From contig CM097885.1 in NCBI GenBank assembly GCA_044892525.1, positions 12,340,001 to 12,404,000 on the forward strand: a stretch of DNA of 64,000 nucleotides. The letters are read 5' to 3'. The notes under the pieces are model-generated. The model was not told the DNA's origin and did not search any database. It saw only the letters and a list, made by a program, of their open reading frames with translations. The position numbers were made by a program, and so were the translations under genes. The DNA is from Schmidtea polychroa (taxonomy: Eukaryota). This document shows, one piece after another, positions 40,021 through 51,226 of this stretch (the first letter of the stretch is position 1; every line of letters starts with the position of its first letter).

Positions 40021-40820
40021 AAAAGAATGTTTGATTGGCGTTATCTTATAATTAAATCATTGCCATGTATGTTTAACTATTTATTTGATTTTAGTGAAAT
40101 ATTTGTGATAATAGGAATTAAAGATATAATTATAGTCATTTAAAGGGATTTTAAGGAATCTTATTAGACTGAGGAGAATATATGATCTTTAAAAAGTACT
40201 TATCATTAAAATATCAATCTTTAAATATTGATATATTTAGGGGGAAAATGATTCTTTTTAGATGATTTTAGTGGAGAATTCGCTTGAATATACCAATTAT
40301 TTTTATTTAAATGAATTTACTGCTTTATTAGATGTTATCATTAGTCTCTTTTGGAATTTAATGATAATTATTTTTATTGAAGATTGCCGACTTTGATAAT
40401 TGTAATGAATTTATACTGATTTTTTGAATATATTGAGCAATCAGTCAATCAATTTGAGTACATGTATTACTTTTAAAAAAATAATTAAAATTAATTTATT
40501 CAATCTAAATCAATTATCTACTAGATCTTATTTATTAACGTAGTTGATTCATATTAACTTGAATGATTAGTATTTTTTTATTTACTGGATTATTAATGAT
40601 TAGAATTTAAAAGTTTTTCTTGTCCATTAATTACATTTTTATGATATTTATTTTGAATAATTTAAATTTTTACAATTATTTAATCAATTTTTACCAAGTT
40701 ATTGAGACCTTGAGTTCAATTAAATTTTCATCCAATTTTTTCAAGTGAAGTGTGTTTTCTTTTAAAGATCAATTTGTTAGTACATGGTAACTAGTTAATT
40801 GGTAGGTGAGGGTTGAGTGT

Positions 40821-40878
40821 GACCAATACTCTTACGACCAGTACCCTTACGACTAATACCATTACGACCAGTACCCTT
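40821..40878. repeat. 15-bp tandem repeat, about 4 copies, followed by a small hairpin
   Basis: GACCA(A/G)TACCCTTAC repeats, then TCGGA-TAAAC-TCCGA at about 40897-40912. Confidence 0.7.
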
Positions 40879-41115
40879 AGAGGGTCAAAACATCCTGTCG
40901 GATAAACTCCGAGTATATATAATAAAATGAATCAATAATAACTATTTATTGAATGCAATTTTTACATTGCAATAATAAGTCAGTAGTAATCAATTAAAAG
41001 AAGAATGTTTTTTAAATTAAAATTCTATAGTTTTTCATTGTCATTTTATTTAAATTATTTTGAATTGCACGGTTAGTTTTAAAGTGGTTGAGTTGACAAT
41101 TATTTATTTTTGATG

Positions 41116-42154
41116 AGTAGGTAGTTAAGAGCCCGCTGCAACAATTGGGGGGGGGGGGTAAAATTGTTGCAACTTTTTATTACCCAATTGTTGCAACTCA
41201 CATTTTTTGCTTTCAGGGATTTTTGGTCCAAATTTTATTTATCAGACTATAGTGAGGGGGTCTCCTTGGTCCTGAGAATTTCAATACAAAAAAAATTTTT
41301 TTCAATAGAAAAAGGATGTCTACACAAAAAATCAGTGGTAATTTAAGGTCTCAGGATATTTTCAATACAAAAATCCGATTATCACTTAAAAAGCATAGAA
41401 TATTCGAATTAAATTAAGGTGGGTCTCCTTGGTCCTGAGAACTTCAATAGAAAAAGGCGGTCTACACTAAAAAAGCATGGTAATTTAAGGTCTCAGGATA
41501 TTTTAAATACAAAAAGGCGGTCTACACAAAAAATCAGTGGTAATTTAAGGTCTCAGGATATTTTCAATACAAAAATCCGATTATCAATAAAAAAGCATGG
41601 AATTTTCACACTATAGTGAGGGGGTCTCGATTGGTCCTGGGATTTTCAATACAAAAAGGCGGTCTTTAATAAAAAGCATGGTAATTTAAGGTCTCAGGAT
41701 ATTTTCAATACAAAAATCCGACTACCACTAAAAAAGCATGGATTTTTCTAGGCCAATTCAGGTGGGTCTCCTTGGTCCTGAGAACTTCAATAGAAAAAGG
41801 TGGTCTACACTAAAAAACGTGGTAAATTTTTCAATTAAAGTAAATTGTGGGTCTAAAAAATTGAATTACAGTAAATTATGGTCCTAAAAAATTGAATTAC
41901 AGTAAATTATGGTCCTAAAAAATTAAATTAAAGTAAATGATGGTCCAAATATTTTAAATTAAAGTAAATTATGGTCTAGATAAGTAAATTAAGGTTCAAA
42001 TTTTTTAACTTAAAGTAAATTATGGTCCTAAAAAATTAAATTAAAGTAAATCAAGGTCCAAAATTTTAAATTAAAGTAATGAATGGGCTCAAATAACTAA
42101 ATTAAGGTTCTAAAAAATTAAATTAAAGTTAATTAAGGTCCAAAAATTTAAATG

Positions 42155-42204
<50 letters not shown>

Positions 42205-42474
42205 TTAATAATAATAATAATTCAACAGTTACCAACAATCGGTTACTAAATATTTTTAACTAGGTGCTAACAAATAAGTACCAAATACTTACAACTAGAT
42301 ACCAAGTACTAACTAACTCTCAAACAACCACATACTTACAACTAACTACTTACAATCAATTAAATATTCTTCATTGTATTTTATGAATTGTATTTTTTTA
42401 AATTAATTTTTTATCTATCTTCAAAAATATATTTAATTACAATCAGTAGAAAAACCTTTTTAAATTTAACAAAA
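41116..42474 (+). repeat. Composite repeat beginning with a Maverick-like terminus AGTAGGTAGT
   Basis: The first 30 bp are repeated at 38496; the body is homologous to 36316-38477. Confidence 0.6.
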
Positions 42475-42475
42475 T

Positions 42476-43375
42476 TAACCAAAACAGCCCTCCCAACAAA
42501 AACATACCTCCATTACGCTTAAACCATTAGAAAAACAACATAAAACCTATGTTTTTATAGTATTTTAACCCCATATTTTAAACAACAACCACCCTTAATC
42601 TTTAAAACCTCAAACTCAAAAGCTTCAAACTAAAAAGAGAATAGAAAAGAAAATGGCATTATGAAAAAGTTAGAGGGCTATTTGGGATAGGGCTATATAC
42701 ACACTACTTTTGATCGCAATCAAACTCCGGAGTTGATCTTTATCAGATTATTGATTTTAAATTATATAAATTAAAAAATAAATGAAAAATAGTAAAACTG
42801 CTCTGAGGGGACAGTGGTATTTTTTCTTTCACTGTCCCCTCAACAGTTTTTTTGATCCGGATCATTTCAACCTCTTTCGTTTATCAAATCTCTTCTAATA
42901 TACAAGCTGGCCAGACTCATACATCAGAATCAATCCGATAATAGCAGCACACCTTATTATTCGCTTCTCGCTCGAATACGATTTCATCGGCGTTTTAAGC
43001 GTGCTGCTCGAAAGTACAAATGAATTCGAAAGTGAATCCGAAAGAGGTCCGAAAACAACTGAGAAATAAATGTGCACATTAAAGAATCGATCCGGGGGTG
43101 TTCGAAAGACAGGTGGCGATAATTACCGGTTCGCCACCATCACCCGTTTCAATAATTTTTTTTTCATATTTATGTTTAAAAATAAAATAATTAATAAAAT
43201 AAATAAAATAAATAAAATAAATAAAATAAATAAAATAAATAAAATAAATAAAATAAAATAAAATAAAATAAAAATAAATAAAATAAAATATAAATCTAAG
43301 ATACCCACACTATTATTTTCAAATTTTTAAAAAAAAAAACTAACCACAGTTAGGATTTGAACCACCATCCATTTG
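42476..43375 (+). repeat. Left terminal inverted repeat (tip missing, inner end fused into pPolB)
   Basis: Reverse complement of 58320-59185 and of most of 60083-60970. Confidence 0.9.
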
Positions 43376-46300
43376 TTATAAATGTACAGAATAATGATAA
43401 CAAATGTTTCATCTGGTCAATACTTGCACATTTACATCCTCAAGAATCAAACCCCCAAAGAGTTTCAAAATACAAACAATATGAAAATGAATTAATATTT
43501 CCCAAAGGATTCAAACATCCAATGAAACTAGAAGACATTCCAAAATTTGAAAGTTTAAATAATCTTAAAATTAATATTTATGAACGTGTTAAAGGGAAAC
43601 ATGTTAATAGCAGAGAAATTATTCCAATTTATATTTCAGATTATGAAGTTAGAGATAACGAACCCCAGGATAACACTAGGGAGATATATCTTTTAATCTT
43701 GGAACAACAAAATAATCAACATTATGTTTTAATAAAAAACTTTCAAGCTTTTACATCACCAGAGAATCCAACTAGTGGAGGAGGAACATGTAAAAGATGT
43801 CTTCATTATTCAACAACTAAAAACTCTATGATTAAACATACAAGATTTTGTGAAAAAGATGATCCAGCTTTAATTAAAATGCCTGATAATCCCAAGATGT
43901 ATTTTAAAAACTTTTCAAATTTACTACAAACAGTAGGAGTGCTTCATGGGGACTTTGAATCTATAAATCGTAAACAAGATTTGGTTAAACAATATTTAAA
44001 AATAATAGAAAAAAATAAACTCATGGATTCCTGGAACTCCTCAGGAGAGAAGATGAAACCAGAGAGGATGAAAGCCTTTCTAAGAAAAAGGAATAAACCT
44101 AATAGTGTTAAAAAAACTAAACAATTACCATCTGCTTATAAATTATTATTTAAAAGTAATTATCCTGAACTCATAGAATCTAGAGAATATACATTTCGAG
44201 GAATTTCAGAAACAGAAGTCTTGAATCATTTTACTAAAAGTATAAATGATCTAGAACATGAAATATTTAAAGTATTAAAAACAAACTATCCTCAAAATAT
44301 TTCTAATCAACAACAACAAGAATATGAAAACACTTCCAACTGTTGGATGTGTAAACAACCATTTGAAGAGTCTCCGAATATAAAAGTCCTCGATCATGAT
44401 CATTTAAAAAAGGAAAATAATTATCGAGGAGCAGCTCATAAAAATTGTAATCTTAATTGTCATACTCCTAAATTTGTACCTGTTATATTTCATAATCTTT
44501 TTGGTTATGACATACATCTATTTATTAAACATTTAGCAGCAAATGCTAAAAACTCTTTCAAAGTTATCGGCTTAACAAAGGAAAAATATAAATCAGTTGA
44601 ATATGGGAAATTAAAATTTATAGACTCGTTAAACTTTCTTCAAATGTCTCTAGATGGAATAGCTAAAACAATGAAACCAGAAGATTTTAAAATCACTCGA
44701 GAATTCTTGGAAAAAAATAATATTCCTCTAGAAGAATATCCTACATGTTTAGCAAAAGGAATATATCCTTATGACTATGTTGACTCGTTTGAAAGATATA
44801 ATGAAACAAGTCTTCCTAGCCAAGAAGATTTCTATTCACAACTTCAAAAAAATCATATTACAAATCAAGAATATTCTCGAGCAAATAAAATGTGGGAATT
44901 ATTCAAGTGTAAAACTTTAGGAGAATATACAAGTATGTATTTATCCTTGGATGTTTATATTCTAGCAGATTGCTTTGAAGAATTTACAAAATCTTTTGTT
45001 CTTAAACCTTACAATTATATAACAGCACCCTCTTTTGCTTGGGATACTTTATTATATACCATTTGGACTTCAAATATAGAAGAAGCTGATAAAATTATAG
45101 ATCTTTTAACTAACCTCGATATGTTTAATCTAATTAAAACAAACATTAGAGGAGGAGTCTCTTCAGTAATGGGGAATAGAGAAATAAAAGCTAGAAATGC
45201 AATAACTACTAGCAGAATGCTTTCAAAGACCTCTGATCCATATATAAAAATTAACAATGAGGAATTAAAAGAAATATTAGAAACAATGAAAAATCCTATA
45301 TTTATACTTTATATAGATGCAACAGCTTTATATTCAGGAATTATGACTCAATATTTACCAATGAGTGATTTCACTGAAATAGAGAACCCAACAGATGACC
45401 TTATGAAAGAAATACTTTCAACATCGAAAGATTCTCCAATAGGTTACTTTATAGAATGTGACCTCGACTATCCAGATGATATAAAATCAGGAACAAGATA
45501 TTTTCCTTTAGCTCCCATAAGAAGAAAGATTGATATCAACGAACTCTCTGAATGGCAAATCTCACAAGATAAACCTCCAACAATGAAACTTCTTTGTGAT
45601 CAAACAGATCGAAGGTTTTATCTTTGTCACTATAGACTCCTCCAATTTTATCTCTCACGAGGAATGATATTAAAAAAGTTCATAGTGTCATAAGATTTAA
45701 ACAAGCTCCATTCATGAAAGCTTTTATCGAGGAGAACATTAGGTGTCGAAACATTGCAAAAAGAGAAGGTAACCTTTTTAAAGATAATAATTATAAACTT
45801 TTAAACAATTCAGTCTTTGGGAAAACAATGGAGAATGTTGATAAATATACTCATATTGAACTCCTAACTAATACTGCCAAAGATATTAAGCGTTATAATC
45901 GCATGCTAGGAAAGCCTACATTTAAAAACGCACAAGTATTTTCTGAAAATCTTACTGCAGTAGAATTAAAAAATTATGAGAAAACATATAACAAACCAAT
46001 ATTTATAGGGTTTACAATTTTAGAACTTTCAAAATTACAAATGTATGAAACATATTATAACATCTTACAACCTATATACGGAGCAAATATATCAATGCAT
46101 GCAATGGATACAGATTCAATGTTTTTAACAATAAGAACTCATGATTTACAAAAAGATATGAAAGAAAATCCTATACTTTCAAATTTAATAAATTCATCTG
46201 GAGAACTATTTTCGTTTAAAGATGAAAAACCTTTTACTCCTATAGAAAATGGAATATTTATTCGTGCTAAACAATATTCATACGAAACATTTAGAAACCC

Positions 46301-46889
46301 TGAATTTATAACTAGATCATTTATATTTAAAACTCCAGAAACAGAAGAAACCATTACACATAGATATCCTATATTTCCTAAAGAAGAAAAACCTGTAAAG
46401 GATAACAGATGTAAAGGAATACAGAGAGTGGTTGCAAAGAATCTTTCTCATCAAGATTATATAGATACATTAAATCCAAATCATAAAGATAAAATTGATG
46501 AAATACATCAACTTAAAAGTGAAAACCATGATATTCACTTGATAGAATCTCAAAAAGTATCATTATCAAATTATGATGATAAGAGATTCATACTAAGTGA
46601 TTTAAAGACAACTCTACCTATTGGAAATAATTTAATCCCTATAATAAAAAATCTAGAAAAGTTGAATAAGTTATATGATACAAAGATTACTGATCTTGAT
46701 GTTTATAATGTTGAAACTATTTATCCCGAGAGAGAAATCGAGAAACCTTTATGTTCTCAAGTTTTTAATCCTATATGTTTAGAACTTAAATATTTTAATA
46801 CTGATTCTGAATATATAAAAGGTCTAAGTGATAAAGAATTTAAAGATCATAAATTAATGATTCATAGGTTGGCTTTCAACCATAACTGA
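43374..46889 (+). pseudogene. polB: Protein-primed DNA polymerase B, left copy (N-terminus deleted, frameshift at about 45675)
   Basis: HGDFES and FHNLFGYD exonuclease motifs, KGIYPYDY, YIDATALYS, KLLNNSVFGK, DTDS, KDE, and a DHDH...RGAAHKNCN endonuclease VII-like insert. Confidence 0.95.
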
Positions 46890-46975
46890 AACCAACGATA
46901 TTTAATAATAAAATGTCGACAATTAATTTAAGCAACTATAGCAACTTGATCTACTTTTTTAAAAATTCATCCATT

Positions 46976-47584
46976 TTATAAGTAAGAATTCTTTAACCAC
47001 TTGTCTCGTTTAATTTTTTTAGAATATTCATTAGTTATAATATTTGCACTTTTTAATCTTATAACCTCATTCTTTATATCTTGTATTATTTGATTTGATT
47101 TCATTATTTCACCATCAGTTAAGATTCCATCTTCCAAAGCTTTTAATTGAAATAAAAATAATTTAGAGATTCCTAATTCTATTGATAAACAAACTTCACG
47201 ATATAAACTTTTCTTTTTTGAAGTATAAGATAATGAAACTATTTCAGTTAAAAAACCATCAGCTACAGAAATACTTCCAAGTATTACTGGCGCAAGTGTT
47301 AAAACTGGTAAAGTTATAGGTAAAATAACTGTTAATATTGCAGATGCAAATCCTAAAGAATAACCTATAACTTTTAAAACTGTATTCCCTTTATTCCATC
47401 TATTTTTAATTTTTTTATGATGCTTTAATAAATCTTGTAAATGTAAGGTTTCTGATTTAAATTCTTTTACTCTCATAATTTCAAGTTCTGTGGGAGCTGA
47501 AGGTCCCGAAGGTCCCGAAGGTTTGGGGGAATAATATCCTGATGACAATTCTGGGTAAACTTTTTCTTCTCTTACTTCTTCCAT
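46976..47584 (-). CDS. Maverick two-TM accessory protein with N-terminal YPxL and PSAP motifs
   Basis: Intact 202-aa ORF with a helical N-region, hydrophobic hairpin, KKK, and a KALEDG..T..E tail resembling a recurrent Maverick membrane-protein family. Confidence 0.75.
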   Translation of the reverse strand: MEEVREEKVYPELSSGYYSPKPSGPSGPSAPTELEIMRVKEFKSETLHLQDLLKHHKKIKNRWNKGNTVLKVIGYSLGFASAILTVILPITLPVLTLAPVILGSISVADGFLTEIVSLSYTSKKKSLYREVCLSIELGISKLFLFQLKALEDGILTDGEIMKSNQIIQDIKNEVIRLKSANIITNEYSKKIKRDKWLKNSYL

Positions 47585-47592
47585 TTTAATAA

Positions 47593-48518
47593 TTAAAAAA
47601 ATAAGATTTTATTATCTGGCACCAATACTCGGATATCAAAAGAAACTCTTGTTGAGAGGATATCTTTATACAATTCTCTCAATGCTTTACGAACTTTATC
47701 AACATCAACCTTTTTTTCATAAAATATTAAATCTATATATTGTACAAGTGTGCTTTTAAAAATAATATTCTTACTTTTAACTTTATGTGTTTTATGTGAA
47801 TCATAAGCACTTATTATAACATCACCCTTTTCAAACTTACTATTATAATCACATTTCACAAACCATTTCATTGTTTGATCATCATCATTAAATAAAAAGA
47901 AATAAGGATCAATAATCTTTACAACCATAAAAACACTCCATTCTTTACTATTTGTTGTTATTAAAGTTGGTTCTATAAAATGTTTATATGTATGGGGTAA
48001 TAATGTTTTATTCTGTTCTAATTCAGCAGCTCTTTTTCTAATACTATGTGTGGTGTTAATGTGTGTTGTATGAGATTCTAAATTTGAAAGTCTTTTATTA
48101 AATGATGTAATCATCTCATTTATTATATTATATATTGTATTAAATTTAGTATTCATAATTTGTTTATCTTTAGAATTTAATATACTAGTATTTAACTTTA
48201 CAACTTGTTCAGTTAACAGACTTTGTAACTTGTCAAATTTATCATTAAATCGTTGTTCGATATTATTAAGCTTTGATTCCATTGAATCAATTTTTGTTGT
48301 TAATGAACTTTCAATTCTTGTTGTTGTTAAATCAGTATAATTTTTATTAGCAGCATCACCTTCATCAATTGGTAAAGATAAATCTTTTATCTTGTGTCCA
48401 TTTAAATTTAAATCTTTCATTAACATATTTATTTTCTGTTAAAGTTAATATTTCTTCTGTATTAAACCCTGTTTTTATTGTTCCACCACCTCTATTACAA
48501 GGAATATAAGAACTCATT
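47593..48518 (-). CDS. Fibre/spike-like protein (likely true start 48518, frameshift near 48420)
   Basis: DLNLNGHKIKDLSLPIDEGDAANKNY is a trimeric fibre/adhesin neck-type motif, followed by a coiled coil. An upstream frame reads MSSYIPC...ENKYVNE. Confidence 0.6.
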
Positions 48519-48541
48519 TATTAATAATTTAAAATGAATCT

Positions 48542-49249
48542 TCAAACCTGTTTCAAATGTAAATACATTGAAATCTCTTCTCCATTAAAATCAATCAATT
48601 CTCCTTCTTGATTAAGAATTTTAAAATTAATATCCGTTATATATTTTCTACATAAAGGTAAATAATTTGGAGGATTCATTCTTTCAACTATTTTATATCC
48701 CATAGGAACTGTGTTTGAGGGAAAGGAATATAAAACATTTGTTTGTTTACCATTATTATAAGAACCTGTTATACAATCGCAATGAATATTTATTGTGTTT
48801 GTATTTATTATTTTTATAATATGTTCTGATGTAACTTCAGGTGTGGTATAATGGTTTTGTGTAAATCCTAAAATTGTTCTAAAGAAACTATTATTTTGAA
48901 AACGAATTCCTATATTCTCTAAAGTCATTATACATTTTGAAGTTGGTAAATCCATTTTAATTTTAATGGCTCCATTTGTTTTTTTAGAAAGTATATTATT
49001 TAAATCTTTTATCTCATAAGCTCCAGGTTCTATTATTACAATAACATTTCCTTTTCGACTAATAATGAATTTATTATTATCTTTAGTTATATTAAAAATA
49101 GTATTATAAGCACAAAACCATAATAGACCTAATTCATAATTTAAATCTTGATCTAATTTTATTGAATCTTGAAAGTTTATAGTAAAGTCTGATTCTTTTG
49201 AATTTATAGATAAAGTTCTTGAATATTTATCTGACATTATGTTTACCAT
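48542..49249 (-). CDS. Minor capsid protein (penton, single jelly roll)
   Basis: SDFTINF..SIKLD...YELGL, IEPGAYEI, IHCDCITGSY.NG..TNVLYSF, YLPL and ELIDFNGE are typical of the Maverick minor capsid protein. Confidence 0.88.
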   Translation of the reverse strand: MVNIMSDKYSRTLSINSKESDFTINFQDSIKLDQDLNYELGLLWFCAYNTIFNITKDNNKFIISRKGNVIVIIEPGAYEIKDLNNILSKKTNGAIKIKMDLPTSKCIMTLENIGIRFQNNSFFRTILGFTQNHYTTPEVTSEHIIKIINTNTINIHCDCITGSYNNGKQTNVLYSFPSNTVPMGYKIVERMNPPNYLPLCRKYITDINFKILNQEGELIDFNGEEISMYLHLKQV

Positions 49250-49290
49250 TTTTTTTTAATTATCTTTCGGAAGGTTGCGAAGCTCCATTT

Positions 49291-49749
49291 TCATAGTAGA
49301 GATTTTAAATCATTATAAATTTCTTGGATTAAGGAAGTGAAACCTTCTCCATTATTCAATCTATACAAAACATATAAGCTTAAAATACCACATATTTTAG
49401 TATTATTGGGTTGAACTTGTAAAGAATTAAAAGTATAGTCCTTCGAGGAACTCTTCGAGAGATAGTCTTCAACTTCTTTAGTGGGTTTAATCCCAAAAGA
49501 ATCAAAGTAGATAGGGACTTCGTCCATATATATACAAGCCCAATGAGATCCTTTTTCATTTGAATTTTGATAATTGATTATTATATTCTTTTGAGTGACC
49601 CTTTGACCTTTGACCTTCGGACCTTTCAATTCATCATTCATTAATATTTTTATTTTTAAATTTAAATAATCTGCATAATCTTTTAAATCAAAATTTGTTT
49701 TTGCATTTATTCCAAATGTTTTTAAAAAATCTAATATTGAAGGAGTCAT
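49291..49749 (-). CDS. Adenain-like cysteine protease
   Basis: GSHW, YFDSFG and QVQ...CG give the His-Asp-Gln-Cys catalytic set. Confidence 0.93.
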   Translation of the reverse strand: MTPSILDFLKTFGINAKTNFDLKDYADYLNLKIKILMNDELKGPKVKGQRVTQKNIIINYQNSNEKGSHWACIYMDEVPIYFDSFGIKPTKEVEDYLSKSSSKDYTFNSLQVQPNNTKICGILSLYVLYRLNNGEGFTSLIQEIYNDLKSLL

Positions 49750-50591
49750 TTTATATACTTATTAAATTTATCTTTTGAAATTATTCCTTGTTTTAACAAA
49801 TCTTTAGAAATCTTTAAAATATCAGAATCTAAATTATTATGTCCTGCTTTTTTAGCTGCTAATAGTTTTCTTAATTCAATAAAAAGATTGATTGGGTTTG
49901 CAGCCACAGGCATCCCCTTACCCTCTGTAACAACATAACCCCTTTCATTTTTATTTAAATAATTCTTTAAATCTTGAATATGTTTTGCTTTAGAACTTCC
50001 ATGTATTAATTTTATTAAGTTTAAATATTTATCAATTTCTTTTTTCTTAACATCATCTGGAAGATATCCAGAAATTAATCCATGAAAACCATCTGAAAGT
50101 TCAATGTCTACACGCTCTCTATTCATAAAAGTATTTGTTGAAATAATCGCTGGATTATTTTTTGAATTTAAATATATATAAAATTTTTGATTATTAATTG
50201 TTATTGTTTGAAAACCTCTAGGATCATAACCTATAGTAGGTATAATTGATGGAGCTAGTGATGTATTAATTTTAAAATTAATTGGAGTCTTTAGAGGTGT
50301 TAATCTTGAAAGAAATTCATCTTCTTCTAAATCAATAGTATTTCTACGTTTTCTTAAACCCATTAATCTTGATAATTCCTTTTTAGAAGGTTCTATAGCT
50401 TTAAGTTCAGGGGTTAGAGGAGCTTCTATAGTTTTAAGTTCCTCTATAGCTTTAATTGTTGGCCCCTGTTGTTGTGTTATTACCTCATTTAATATTATAG
50501 ATTCAGCATGTTGAGTTGTATCTTTTTTATTATATTTATCTTGTTCAGATTGTAATTTTTTTAAAAGTGCTAATCTTTCTTCATATACCAT
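49746..50591 (-). CDS. Conserved Maverick core-type protein
   Basis: C-terminal GKG...NPINLFIELRKLLAAKKAGHNN...LLKQGII matches the recurrent Maverick DP..L..RL..L.A...AGN motif. Confidence 0.7.
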   Translation of the reverse strand: MVYEERLALLKKLQSEQDKYNKKDTTQHAESIILNEVITQQQGPTIKAIEELKTIEAPLTPELKAIEPSKKELSRLMGLRKRRNTIDLEEDEFLSRLTPLKTPINFKINTSLAPSIIPTIGYDPRGFQTITINNQKFYIYLNSKNNPAIISTNTFMNRERVDIELSDGFHGLISGYLPDDVKKKEIDKYLNLIKLIHGSSKAKHIQDLKNYLNKNERGYVVTEGKGMPVAANPINLFIELRKLLAAKKAGHNNLDSDILKISKDLLKQGIISKDKFNKYIK

Positions 50592-50613
50592 TTTTATGGT
50601 ATTAAAAATGGTA

Positions 50614-51211
50614 TCAATGGGGTTCGAAGGGCTTCAAGTATAAACCTTTACCATTTTTAGTTTTACAAAGGCATCCATTCTTTAAAGATTTACATATTTT
50701 TTTTAAATCATCTTTATCATCTTTATGTAGAAATTTGATTTTTTAAAAAATCATTTAAACCTCTACCTTTATAAGGATCAAGATAGAGACCCTTTCCCTT
50801 GGACAGAGTCCCCTGAGACTTTTGACCTTCAGACAGAGTCCCCTCATATGGATTAAGATAGAGGCCTTTTCCCTTAGCTTGCCCTACCTTCTTCATTGAA
50901 TCGATTTCAGTTTGTAGTTTTTCTTTTTCTAGGTCTGTCTTTTGAGATTCTTTAGCTTTTTGAACTGTAGTTGCAATTCCTCCAGCTATTCCAGCAGCAC
51001 CTGATAAACCAGCAATGATTGCAGGTATTAAAGCAGCTAATGGAAGAATGCCACCTTCTTTAGTCGAAGAGCCCTTCAGCTTCGCTCTAACTTGTTCTTT
51101 TACATGTTTTCCAATAAAATATTTCTTACCGTCAATTACTACTGATTTATTTTTAATTGAATTTATTAATTCTTACAAAGATTCTTCAGTAGAGGAACTC
51201 TTCGAGGTCAT
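50614..51211 (-). pseudogene. Adenovirus pX-like virion core/membrane-active precursor (not in the ORF track)
   Basis: Hand translation: KEGGILPLAALIPAIIAGLSGAAGIAGGIATTV plus three GKGLYLxP repeats. TAA at codon 13 and a frameshift near 50740. Confidence 0.75.
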
Positions 51212-51226
51212 TTTATAATAAATAAA

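Larger units (their letters stand above)
38765..40050 (-). mobile_element. 5'-truncated Penelope-like retroelement with inverted pseudo-LTR
   Basis: RT thumb and GIY-YIG coding remnant. The 3' region is re-copied in inverted orientation at about 39878-40050. Confidence 0.88.

Noticed and set aside
41230..41830. Regularly spaced repeats resembling a CRISPR array
   Set aside because: The intervening sequences are themselves repeated; this is a minisatellite.
42895..43308. Short ORFs in the terminal repeats (also 35654-36150, 58584-58766, 60090-60592)
   Set aside because: They recur only because the repeat is duplicated; some are translations of the AAAATAAAT array.
43357..43375. TTG start MNHHPF for the left polymerase
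   Set aside because: These codons are terminal-repeat sequence brought in by the deletion, not a real N-terminus.
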